DNA from: an uncultured Candidatus Binatia bacterium
GTDB lineage: Bacteria > Desulfobacterota > Binatia > UBA9968 > JAJDTQ01
Direction of reading: 5' to 3'
Assembly (NCBI GenBank): GCA_964291295.2
Contig: OZ219754.1
Location: 128,001-192,000, forward strand
Length of the DNA stretch: 64,000 nt
A program made the translations under genes and the position numbers. The notes below the pieces were generated by a model. It saw only the letters and a program-made list of their open reading frames with translations. It was not told the origin of the DNA and ran no database searches. Positions 1 through 9,400 of the stretch are shown here, in pieces; within the stretch, counting starts at the first letter, position 1; every line of letters begins with the position of its first letter.

Positions 1-646
1 GACGAATCTCGACGATCCCGTGGACATGGACGAATGGCTGCGCTACGGCGGCTGGCGATATCGGGAACTGGCGCTGCGCTACCGGCCCACCGGACACGCC
101 GACCGGTTCCTCCGCGGCTGGCTTGCGTTGTCCACCGCTCCGACCGCCGCCGGCACGGCGCTCTTCGAGGCGCTCACCGACGACGAGGCCCCGTCCGCGA
201 CCTGCGCCCGATGTCACCGGTCCCGTGAAGCGGCGGACGCCGGAGACGGCCGGGAAGGCCCGCCGCGTGTCCACTGGCTGGCTCGGGGAACACGTGCGGC
301 TGCGCCCGTGTCCATGGCTCGATCCTTCAGGGCTGTGGCCGACGCACCGGCGCAACCCGCGTCCGGGCCATCGTTTCACCTGCGGACCTTCTCGCACCGC
401 TCCCACCACCACGCCGTGGCCACGGGCGGTTGCGCTTCGTGCCACCGCATGGCGGAAGGCAAGGAGCCGCGGCAGGGCCCCGCCGGCTTCGCCCCGGTAT
501 CGCCCGCCGCCTGCGCCGCCTGCCACGATCGGGAGACGGCGTTGGCCAGTTGTACGACCTGCCACCGCTACCATTTCGGCAACGGCGACCCCAGGCTGCT
601 GCACACCGGCGACCACGCCGCCGGCCCCCGTCCCTTCGGAGAATGA
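1..646 (+). CDS. Multiheme c-type cytochrome, C-terminal part (gene begins before the window)
   Basis: Frame is open from the window start; four CxxCH heme motifs (CARCH, CASCH, CAACH, CTTCH) and an FSHxxH segment typical of cytochrome c3/c7-like modules. Confidence 0.8.
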   Translation, partial: TNLDDPVDMDEWLRYGGWRYRELALRYRPTGHADRFLRGWLALSTAPTAAGTALFEALTDDEAPSATCARCHRSREAADAGDGREGPPRVHWLARGTRAAAPVSMARSFRAVADAPAQPASGPSFHLRTFSHRSHHHAVATGGCASCHRMAEGKEPRQGPAGFAPVSPAACAACHDRETALASCTTCHRYHFGNGDPRLLHTGDHAAGPRPFGE

Positions 647-1021
647 ACCCACGCCTCGACGCCCGCAGCGCTTCCCGGGTCACCCGCATCGTCCGACGCG
701 CAGTCCTCCGGGTAGCCGCGATGCCGGGAATCGCGTGTCTCGCCTCGGGTGACGCCGGCATGCATCCGTGCGGCGCTGGCTCCACGAACCGCTGCGACCG
801 TACCGCCGTCATGGCGTCCACGGCCGCTTGGTGAACCGGCCTCAAGAAGCCCGCGTCGTCAAACCGCGGGATGATCTGCAGGGCCGCGGCACAGGCCGCG
901 TTCGTCAGGTTGCGGATGGCGGCGCAGACCCGAGCACCCCGGCTGCCAGGATCCGGACAAGGACAGCCGGCGAGCTTTCATCCGCTGCCAACGGCAGGCA
1001 GCCATCGCCGCGTCCAAGAAC

Positions 1022-1759
1022 TCACGCGTTCAGCAAGCTGCGAGAGAAATGACCTCGAAAGTGAACAACTCCGGGATTGACCCCGATGCGGGCCACGACT
1101 CCTTCACGACCCATCTTGCTTTCCTGTACTTTCGCCTGCCACGGCGGCGGCTTGCTGATCGTCGTTCCGGGAATCGGGTCCGGCAACTGCGAACCTTGCA
1201 GCGCGTTCGTCCGGATATGCCTCGCGAAATCGGCGTGCGCCATGAGTTGGCGCGACGGCCTGCCGGTCCCGGGGGTCACCAGCCCAATCCTCTTGCCATG
1301 ATGTTGCCTCACGAGGCGCATCGCCTCGGCGATGTCACTGTCATTGCTTACGACGACCGCACAATCGTAGGCATCCAGCCACGCATCGTTCAGCAGATGC
1401 ACCGCAAGATTGACGTCGGAGCCCTTTTCCTCGGTGCGGATCACTTCCGTCGTGCGCCGGTTTCCGACTGGCTGTACAAGAGGCGCCCGGACCCTGTGGC
1501 TGAGAAAGTGCCCGAAATAAACCGCGACCTCGGGCCGGTGGTGCCGCAGCGCACGGAGGTAGACGTCCTGCCGCTGCGGCTTCGACGGATCGGCAAGGGT
1601 CCCCGACACTCTCGCCGTGAAGTACTTGACCTTCAGGATATGGTGATGGGGCTGGAGAACTTTCGCGAACAGTGCCGGCAGGTCCAGCCATTTCCAGACC
1701 GTCCCCTTGAGTGCTCCGTAATAGAGATTGAAGCCGTCGACATGGACGTAGGTGCGCAT
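1022..1759 (-). CDS. NYN-domain (LabA/DUF88, PIN-like) ribonuclease
   Basis: Likely start MRTYVHVDGFNLYYG at 1759; acidic motifs DGFN, EEKGSDVNLA and SNDSD are intact. The tail after KPPPW looks like an extension past a lost stop (TGG CAG). Confidence 0.85.
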   Translation of the reverse strand: MRTYVHVDGFNLYYGALKGTVWKWLDLPALFAKVLQPHHHILKVKYFTARVSGTLADPSKPQRQDVYLRALRHHRPEVAVYFGHFLSHRVRAPLVQPVGNRRTTEVIRTEEKGSDVNLAVHLLNDAWLDAYDCAVVVSNDSDIAEAMRLVRQHHGKRIGLVTPGTGRPSRQLMAHADFARHIRTNALQGSQLPDPIPGTTISKPPPWQAKVQESKMGREGVVARIGVNPGVVHFRGHFSRSLLNA

Positions 1760-1771
1760 CAATGTCCGCCC

Positions 1772-1803
1772 AAAAAAAGCAGGGGCCTCCGAAGAGGCCC
1801 CGC
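1772..1803 (-). terminator. Intrinsic terminator ending about 12 nt before the NYN start codon
   Basis: 8-bp GC-rich stem with C(UUCG)G loop followed by a T7 tract on the minus strand (A-run at 1772-1778 on +). Confidence 0.75.
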
Positions 1804-1832
1804 GCCCTGCAGTCGAAACCGCAGGGGGTATC
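1772..1832 (-). ncRNA. Putative ~60-nt two-hairpin leader/small RNA upstream of the NYN gene
   Basis: Minus strand reads CCCUGCGGU-UUCG-ACUGCAGGG, then GGGGCCUC-UUCG-GAGGCCCC followed by U7. Both stems are capped by UUCG tetraloops and lie between a promoter and the NYN start. Confidence 0.55.
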
Positions 1833-1838
1833 GGCAAC

Positions 1839-1867
1839 AGCTTAGGTGCTCGAGCCATGGAAATCAA
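1839..1867 (-). promoter_or_regulatory. Sigma70-type promoter for the RNA/NYN unit
   Basis: TTGATT (1867-1862) - 17 nt - TAAGCT (1844-1839) on the minus strand. Confidence 0.6.
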
Positions 1868-2218
1868 GTGGCCCCAGGCCGGCCCCATCGTCCTTCACGC
1901 CCTCCGGTTCCATCGCTTCGAGCATGTGGACCTGCTCTCCGAGGGAAGGTCCGGAATCCCGGGAAGTCGCGCCGCAAGTTCCTGAGCGCCCCCAAGGCCA
2001 AGTCGCGCCGGACCATGAAGCGGTTCGGGGGCAGTCACCGGCGTGACCTCATCCGGCACACGCTCGACAACCGGGCCGGGTTCCGTCCCGATGGCCTCTT
2101 TTCGCCGCCGGGTCCGGACCTCGTTGACACGGTTCAGCCGGTCTGATATCGGCGGGGCGTGGGCCGAAACGGGTCCTGCCGCAGGGCGCCGGGCCTGCCG
2201 GCCCGGGGGAGGTGAACG

Positions 2219-3250
2219 ATGGACCGACACGAACCGCGCGGCGTGGTGCACTGGATCGATCATTTCATCGTGGGCACCAATGACATGGTCACTTGGGTCG
2301 ACTGGGCCGTGAACGCCACCGGCATCACCCGGCGGCCGATTCGCGGCATTACCACCACGGCGCGAAAGAAGGATGTCCCGATCATGTGTTTCCTGTGGTG
2401 GGACAGCGAGTCCTGCCGCATCGGCGCCTTCCTGCAGCCCGAGGTCTACCCGGCCGCCAAGCCCCTGGGCGAGGACACGCCACGATGCGGATTCTACATC
2501 CGGCCCGAGGATGTGAACAGACACGTCAAGCGGCTCGAGCGCCACGCCATCCCGCACACCGGCCCGGTACGGACGGCGGACTGCGGCGAGGAGGGCACGG
2601 TGATCCACTTCGCCGACCCCGACGGCAACCAGTTCGAGTTCTGGGCGCCCGACCACATGCCGGAAGGGGCCATGGAGATATGCACGGCCGAGGGCGTCGG
2701 CCGCATCAGCCACGCGGTGTACGGCTCCCGGGATCTGGGCCGGACCGCCAGCTTTTTCGAACAGTACTGCGCCCTCAAGCCGGAGGTCGGCCCCAACGTC
2801 GCCGAGGGCAATCTGGTCCTGCGTCTGCACGCCGGCGGGCGGCTCATCTACAAGCTCGCCAACCAGGTCGACGAGCGCGTGGCCGGACACGGACCTTGGT
2901 GGGACATGCACACGGCGTTGACGGTGCGGGCGGAGGAGTTCATGCCCAACTACCGCCGGATGTGGGAAACTCTGCCAGAGGAGCGGCGGGCCAAGGAAGA
3001 GGACAACCTCTCGCTGGAGCAGGAGGACGCCCTGCCGGCCCGCACCGGTCTGCACCGGAGTCCGGTGGGTTACCGCTGGAAGGCCATGTTCGAGCGCGGC
3101 GACGAATTCTACGACTGGGACGGCCACGCCTTCCACTTCTTCGGCGGCAGGCCCGTCAAGGACGACGGTTCACTGGCCCTCTACACCATCGTGGAACAGG
3201 AAGACTATCTCACCGACGTCGCCGCGGAGGCGGAGAAGGCCCGCGCCTGA
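2219..3250 (+). CDS. Two-domain VOC/glyoxalase-family protein
   Basis: IDHF motif, FADPDGNQFEFW, ISHAVY and FYDWDGHAFHF motifs; GGAGG RBS upstream; high-GC3 codon usage. Confidence 0.8.
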   Translation: MDRHEPRGVVHWIDHFIVGTNDMVTWVDWAVNATGITRRPIRGITTTARKKDVPIMCFLWWDSESCRIGAFLQPEVYPAAKPLGEDTPRCGFYIRPEDVNRHVKRLERHAIPHTGPVRTADCGEEGTVIHFADPDGNQFEFWAPDHMPEGAMEICTAEGVGRISHAVYGSRDLGRTASFFEQYCALKPEVGPNVAEGNLVLRLHAGGRLIYKLANQVDERVAGHGPWWDMHTALTVRAEEFMPNYRRMWETLPEERRAKEEDNLSLEQEDALPARTGLHRSPVGYRWKAMFERGDEFYDWDGHAFHFFGGRPVKDDGSLALYTIVEQEDYLTDVAAEAEKARA

Positions 3251-3568
3251 GCCGCCGTCCTCCCACCACACCGTCACGGCCGCCGGTCACGCCCAGCGTG
3301 GCCCGGAGCGGTTCGCGAGCACCCGGAACGACCCGGTCCATCGGCCTGCGCTCCAGGCGCCGCTCGCAGGGCTGTCCCACCCTGTTTGCCGGGCCGACCT
3401 TCATTCCCTTGAAACAAGACAACTTCCATGGGCAATGGCCGTCACGCACGGACAGGCGTATGATGGCTGATTGAAACCTTCGGCTACAGCCGCAGCGGAC
3501 TCGGGGTTGTGCAGGCGCCGCTTCGCACGCCGTCACCGGGTGTACGCGGCCCGTGAAAGGACAGGGAC

Positions 3569-4213
3569 GTGACCGACCGGCACAGTCTCTCCGCGCTTCT
3601 CGACGGTGCCCGCGCCTTCCGGACGACCGAATACCGCGGCGCCGATTCCCTCATGGCCCGCCTGTCCATGGGCCAGGAGCCGGATGTCCTGGTGATCGCG
3701 TGCAGCGACTCCCGGGTGGATCCGGCGCTGGTTCTCGGCGCCCGGCCCGGGGACCTTTTCGTGGTACGCGTGGTGGCGAATCTGGTGCCGGCACGGCGCG
3801 CGGACGACACGATGGCCCACGGTGTGATGGCGGCGGTGGAATACGGGTCAAAGCGCTCGGGGTCTCGCATCTGGTGGTGTGCGGCCATTCCCACTGCGGC
3901 GGAATCAAGGCCGCGACGGACGCGGCGCGGGGAAGGGAACTGCCGCCGTTCGAGTGCCTGGGGCCGTGGCCGGCGCGTCGTTCCGGGAGGTGCTGGCGGA
4001 GAGCCCGGGGCCGGCCGCCCGGATGAGGAAGTGGCGGCCGCGGCGGAGCAGCGGTCGGTGCTCAAGTCTCTTGCCAACCTGCGGTCATACGGGTGGATTC
4101 AGGATCGGGTGGAAGGAAGCCGGCTCGCCCTGCACGGCTGGTGGTTCGATATCGATACCGGCCATCTGTGGATCGCGGACACCGCGATGGGGCTCTTCCG
4201 GCCGCTGGATTGA
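3569..4213 (+). pseudogene. Beta-class carbonic anhydrase with internal compensating frameshifts
   Basis: CSDSR and GDLFVVRxVANLV are in the main frame, but the zinc-ligand motif VVCGHSHCGG is in another frame after GAATACGGGTC (~3847). The frame is restored near 4010, giving the LHGWWFDIDTG C-terminus. Confidence 0.75.
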
Positions 4214-4289
4214 CGGCGCCCGCACCACGTCGATCCGGCGGATGCGGGCGGCCGGGAGGAGCCCGGGCCGCGTCCCCGGTTGAGGCCGT

Positions 4290-4766
4290 TCAGTCTCCTG
4301 CCTGCCGCTCCCGTTCGTGAAGCCCGGCGTGTTGCCGGGGGGTCTCGGGCCGCGTGTCCCTGCCCTTCCCCCGGGTGAGCCGCAGCGTGCCGACGAACTT
4401 GACGTTGGCGCAGGCGTCGGCCCCGCCGGTGGCGCACCCTTCGTCGTCGGGGATGAGGAAGCGCAACGGTCCGCCCTTGTCCCGGGGCAAGGGGTCTTCG
4501 CCGACGCGGTAGACGATGAACGCGCGGCGTAGCGCCTCCAGAGGCACGCTGGCGGCAAAGCCGCCGTCGGTGAACTCCACGGTGAGGTAGTCCAGGTCCG
4601 GTGCGGGTTGAAGATGGTCGAGGATGGCCTGAAGCGTCACCGCGCCGCCGACCCGGCCGGGGATCAGCGTGCCGACGTCGGCGACTTGGCCGTCCAGTGC
4701 CGCAAGCCGCCGGAAGTCGAGTTCCAGCGCGGGCTTCCCTTCCTGTTCGATGCGCAGACCGCTCAT
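4290..4766 (-). CDS. Stand-alone molybdopterin-oxidoreductase-like (Oxidored_molyb) domain protein
   Basis: DGGFAASVPL...PLPRDKGGPLRFLIP...CANVK resembles the MsrP/sulfite-oxidase Mo-binding domain; GGAGG RBS. Confidence 0.65.
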   Translation of the reverse strand: MSGLRIEQEGKPALELDFRRLAALDGQVADVGTLIPGRVGGAVTLQAILDHLQPAPDLDYLTVEFTDGGFAASVPLEALRRAFIVYRVGEDPLPRDKGGPLRFLIPDDEGCATGGADACANVKFVGTLRLTRGKGRDTRPETPRQHAGLHERERQAGD

Positions 4767-5768
4767 GGTTCCCTCCTGCGGCCAGCGTACCGCCGCCCGC
4801 CCGTCTCCTCAAGCATCCGTTCCGGTTCGGCGGCGAAGGCCGTTTCTCTTGGCGGCAGACCGGCGCTGGCGAAGGACGCGAGGATGACGACCTCGGCCGT
4901 CATCCTCAGCGAGGTGCTGGGCGGGGACAGCCAGATGGCGCTGACGGGCGACGAGCAGTGCGAACTTCACGACCGGATGCTCCGCTTGGCCGTGCCTTGC
5001 CGCGCCACAGGCTGGGCTTCAGGCCGCCTGCCGACAGCGCCGATCAAGCGCGCCGGACCCCGGCAGACGGACAACCGCGACCGAACGGATGCGCCGTTCC
5101 GCCCTCGCTCGAAAATCAACCACCCCCTCGCCTCAACACGCCGGAACACAAGACCGACCGGACCTGGACCACCCTCTCCTGCGGCCGAACAGGCACCACG
5201 GCGCAAATTTTGCTTGCTTGACAGGGGGGGGATGGTAAGCGTCCGTGACAGGCCCACATGCAACCACATGAATGCAACCACATGACCAGATCAGGAGGGT
5301 TTTACCATGGCTATTGAGCGGACCGGCGGTGCTGGCAACGAATGGCTTTGGGGAGAGAATGGCAATGACAGGTTGGATGGCGGTGCCGGTGACGACATTT
5401 TGACTGGCGGCGCCGGTGACGATACTTTGGCTGGCGGTTCGGGCAATGACCGGATCTGGGGCGGCATTGACGACGACAGGCTGGAAGGCGGCGCTGGAGA
5501 CGACAGACTGACGGGCGGCGTCGGCGCCGACACCTTCGTGTTCCGTACGGGAGACGGCAGCGACACCATTGCCGACTTCAAGGCCGACGATACGATCGAG
5601 ATGGTCGGCGTGTCGGGCGGGTTCGAAGCGTTGGTCATCGAGCAGGATGGCGTCAACGCCGTCATCCGCTACGGCGATCAGGACACGATCACGCTGCTGA
5701 ACGTGACGGCCGCATCGCTGAGCAGGGACGCCTTCCGTTTCGTGACCGCGGAAAGGAAGGTTCTGATG

Positions 5769-6005
5769 GGCGGCAAGGGCGACGACACGCTGAACGGCGG
5801 GGTCGGCGATGACACGCTGAGGGGCAACAAGGGCGACGATACGCTGAACGGCGGGGTCGGCGATGACACGCTGAGGGGCGGCAAGGGCGACGATACGCTG
5901 AACGGCGGGGTCGGCGGCGACACGCTGAGGGGCGGCAAGGGCGACGACACGCTGAACGGCGGGGTCGGCGATGACACGCTGAGGGGCGACAAGGGCGACG
6001 ATACC
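5769..6005 (+). repeat. Coding tandem repeat, ~4.4 x 54 bp ([18 protein letters not shown])
   Basis: Near-identical 54-bp units read directly from the sequence. Confidence 0.85.
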
Positions 6006-6332
6006 TTCGTGTTCGTGGTCGGAGACGGCGACGACACGATCACCGATTTCGAGGCCGGCGACAGGATTCGCCTGGATGGCGTATCCGGCGGGTTCGCGGC
6101 GCTGCGTATCGAACAGGACGGCACCGATACCGTCATCGGCTACAGCGGCGACGATACGATCACCCTGTCGGGCGTGTCAGCGGACAGCCTGGACGCGAAC
6201 GACTTCATCTTGCCCGCCGGCGCTGGCGAAACCACCGAAACACAATCCCGCAACGGCGTTACTCTCAGTGGCGGCGGCTATGACGACGATCTCAGAGGCG
6301 GCGACGGCAACGACGGGCTCTGAGGCGGCGAC

Positions 6333-6597
6333 GGCGACGACACCCTGAACGGCGGCGACGGCAATGACTACCTCTATGGCGGCGACGGTGCCGACACGCT
6401 GAACGGCGGCGAGGGTATTGACCATCTCCACGGCGGCGCTGGCGACGACACCCTGAACGGCGGCGACGGCAACGACTACCTCTATGGCGGCGACGGTGCC
6501 GACACGCTGAACGGCGGCGAGGGTATTGACCATCTCCACGGCGGCGCTGGCGACAACACCCTGAACGGCGGCGACGGCAACGACTACCTCTATGGCA
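6333..6597 (+). repeat. Coding tandem repeat, ~2.5 x 108 bp of RTX nonapeptides
   Basis: 6333-6440 and 6441-6548 are almost identical; a partial third copy follows. Confidence 0.8.
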
Positions 6598-7134
6598 AAG
6601 CTGGCGACGACACGCTGACGGGCGGCTCAGGGGCGGATGCGTTTGTGTTCACGGCCGGTGACGGGGCTGACACGATCACCGATTTCGAGGCAGGCGACAC
6701 AATCGCGATCACCGGTCACCGCGGCGGGTTTTCGGCTTTGCGCATCAAACAGGATGGTGCCGATACCGTTATCGGTTACGGTTCCGACACGATTCGTCTT
6801 GAAGACGTTCAGTCTGCGCAACTGACCGTATCCGATTTCGATTTTCCGTGGTTCTACTTTATGGGCTGATCTTTCCCGGTTTGACCTTTCGGGACGTCCG
6901 GCCTTGGTGGCGCCTGCAACCGCCGTTCCGTGCGCCACCCCGCCGGCAGTGGCAGTGACACATGGGTGCGGTCCCTGCCGGCGCCTGCCCGGGCGCGCCG
7001 CCGACCGAAACACTCAAGAGTCTCGTTCACTCACCCCGTCGACATGGACCTGAGCCTTGGGTTCCGCCGCCCGAGGGCTTGCATGCAAGCGCCGCGCGGT
7101 TGCCCTTGTTGATGGTTGAAGCTTTTGATTGTCG

Positions 7135-7290
7135 GTGTGAAGTTCCAGGGCATGAGGTCGTCGATTGCCGGTCAGGTAGACCTGCGGATGGACGCCGTTG
7201 GGCTTGCGGGTGCCGATCAGGCTGGCGCATCGCGCTTGGGTTCTGTCGCCGTCATGGCTGCCGGCAAGCGGGTGCGCGGGTCCGGACGGG
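7135..7290 (-). mobile_element. IS66-family transposase C-terminal remnant
   Basis: Fragments AGSHDG..ASLIGTRKPNGVHPQVYL and, in another frame, IDDLMPWNF match the IS66 TnpC C-terminal consensus (ASLIETCKLNGVDPxAYL...IDxLLPW). Confidence 0.6.
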
Positions 7291-7526
7291 AGGTGGGGAG
7301 TCCCCACCGGCAACGGGCGGGATGCCGGCGGACCTCCTCTCGCGGCGTCGGGATCTGCGGATACGATGCAGCGAGTCCTCTCCGGTTGCGAAGGAAGCCG
7401 TCCCATACCCCAGACCATCATCCCTTCGTGCAGACAGATGGTCGCAGAAGCCGAAGCGGCGGTACCCGTACTGGACGTGCAGGAAGCGAGATTGCGCTGG
7501 CGGACGGTGCGGGTGTCGCTACGGGC

Positions 7527-7790
7527 TCAGCGCCCGGGTCTGGTGGCCAGCACCTCGTCGAGGCTCGCCGCCACCAGCACCGCCTCCGCCCAAGTCTCCA
7601 GTTCGGCGGCCGAGGCGCCGCGGATCCGCTCGCGGACCACATCCGGCACGTCACCGAAATGCAGTTCCAGAAGACGAAGGACAATTCCAGCCTGGCCCTC
7701 CGCGCGGCCTTCCTCCCGGCCCTCGCTCCGGCCCCGTTCGATTCCCTCAGCTCTTCCCTGTTCGATCCAGGCTTGCGCGACCGTTCCCAT
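7527..7790 (-). CDS. Putative internally initiated small Rpn C-terminal protein (RpnS-like), 87 aa
   Basis: GGAGG at 7800-7796 precedes an in-frame ATG at 7790 (MGTVAQAWIEQG...), the position where Rpn genes carry intragenic starts. Confidence 0.5.
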   Translation of the reverse strand: MGTVAQAWIEQGRAEGIERGRSEGREEGRAEGQAGIVLRLLELHFGDVPDVVRERIRGASAAELETWAEAVLVAASLDEVLATRPGR

Positions 7791-8509
7791 CAGCGCCTCC
7801 CAGCGGTCCGGCTTCGTCCGGCGCAGCGACGCCTCCAGCAAGGGCGGCGTCAGGTTCATGCGCTCGGCAATGTAACGCACGATATGACGCTCGAACGCGC
7901 TCCCCGCAACCGGCCCGCCCGTCATCTCGTCGAGAAGGTCGGGCGGTATCTCCTCGGCATAAACGACCCTGAGCGCCAGAAGCCCGGCCCGCACCTCGGG
8001 CGAGGCCGACAGCCGGCTTGGCGCGATCTCGCGTGCACCACATGGGCGAACTCCCTGACGAACGGCTCCAGCGCCTCGGGCGCGTCGATCATCCCCGGCA
8101 CCGAGCGCGGCGCCGTCCAGCGACCCCGGCCGTGGTAGAAGACCAGCGGGATGATCGCCGGCAGCCTGTCCCCGGCGACGCCATTCTCGATCTCGCGGCG
8201 CCAGATGTTGACCATGTATTTCAGGAGCTGGAGCGGCGTGTCGGCGTCGACCCGGCTCTTGTTCTCCAGGAGTACAGACAGGCGCGCATCGTGGCCGCTC
8301 CTCAGCCTGACCCGGAACAGCGCGTCGCACCGGGTCCGCGCCGCGTCCTCGTCGACGAAACCGCCCTCGACCGCCTCGGGCGGGGCCTCGGGGTCGAGGA
8401 GGGCGGCCACCTCTTGCGGCAGGTATTCCGCGAGCAGCGAAGCGGCGCGGGCCGGCTCGGAGACCAGCGCCCGGAACAGTGCATCGTGCGGCGTCGCCGG
8501 AAGGCTCAC
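7527..8509 (-). pseudogene. Rpn/YhgA-like PD-(D/E)xK nuclease (Transposase_31) with DUF4351-like tail, frameshifted near 8030
   Basis: HDALFRAL, RCDALF, LLENKS and IIPLVFYHG in ORF 7922-8509. The C-terminal EQGRAEGIERG..LLELHFG..LETWAEAVL part is in a different frame. Confidence 0.8.
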
Positions 8510-8679
8510 CGGGAGAGACCCCCGGCATCTCCGGGACGCTCCCGACGGACATCCCGCTCACGGGCTGGAAGAGAAAGGGCGTTCGACATGGCGGTACCCT
8601 ACGCCGGGCACTGTCGTGTCGGCAATCGCCGGCGTCTGCCCCGAGAACAGGCCGGGACCGTCATCACGAGCGGTAGTCC

Positions 8680-9400
8680 CCGAGGATATCGGCGGCAATG
8701 CTGTCGGAGTGACGCGGACGACGGACCCGCGCACCGGGTTCCGCGCCAGATGCGCATACCATGCGGTGGTCTCCACCCGGGTGTGGCCGAGCAGCCGGCC
8801 GATCATCGGCAAACCCTCGCCCGGCGCCAGCGCCCCGCTGGCGACCGACTGGCGGCAATCGTGAAGCCGGGCGTTCCCGATCCCCGCGCGCCGGCAGACC
8901 CGTTCCCACGGGTCATGGAGGTTGTGCATGTGCGTGCCCCTCTTCTTCCCAGGGATCACATGCGGGTTGCACTGGACGCGGGGAATGTTCGCCAGCACGT
9001 CCACTGCCTCCGGCGACACGGCGCGCGCCGGTCTTGGAATCCGCGAGCCGCAACTCGCGTGCATCCAGGTCCACATCCTGCCAGCGCAGCGTCACGATCT
9101 CGTTCCTGCGGCAGCCCATGAGCAGCAGGAGCCGGATCGCGGCAATGGCATGCACCGAGACCCCTTTGCGGTTCTCCGCCTCGGCCAGCGTCCGCCCGAG
9201 GTGGCGGAACTCCTCCTCGCTCAGGAACCGCTCGCGCCCAACGTTCCCGGTTCTTCACAACCAGCCGGCAGGGGTTGCTCGCCTTCGGCAGCTGCCCCTG
9301 GTCCTCCGCCGCGTTTCACAGGCGCGAAAGGGTGCTGACCACTTGGTCCGCCGTCACCGGGGTCGCGCGCAGGGAATGGCGCAGTTCCGTCACCTTGGCA
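8680..9400 (-). pseudogene. Degenerate tyrosine recombinase/integrase
   Basis: RERFLSEEEF, LLLLMGCRRNEIVTLRW, DSKTG, RLHDCR and LLGHTRVETTAWYAH motifs are split across frames. Confidence 0.8.

Larger units (their letters stand above)
5307..6869 (+). pseudogene. RTX (hemolysin-type Ca-binding repeat) protein interrupted by an in-frame TGA at 6321-6323
   Basis: GGxGxDxLx nonapeptides and three DTFVF..DTIxDF modules; repeats continue in the same frame after the TGA to the stop at 6869; AGGAGG RBS. Confidence 0.75.

Noticed and set aside
3425-3495. Possible fluoride riboswitch upstream of the carbonic anhydrase
   Set aside because: Only a loose GGCAATGG...GCTGAT resemblance; the required pairing could not be built.
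6321-6380. Selenocysteine recoding of the in-frame TGA in the RTX gene
   Set aside because: The position is a variable residue of a Ca-binding repeat, not a Cys site, and no SECIS-like hairpin is evident.
5769-6597. Regular repeats as a possible CRISPR array
   Set aside because: Units are multiples of 27 bp, encode RTX nonapeptides and have no unique spacers; no cas genes are present.
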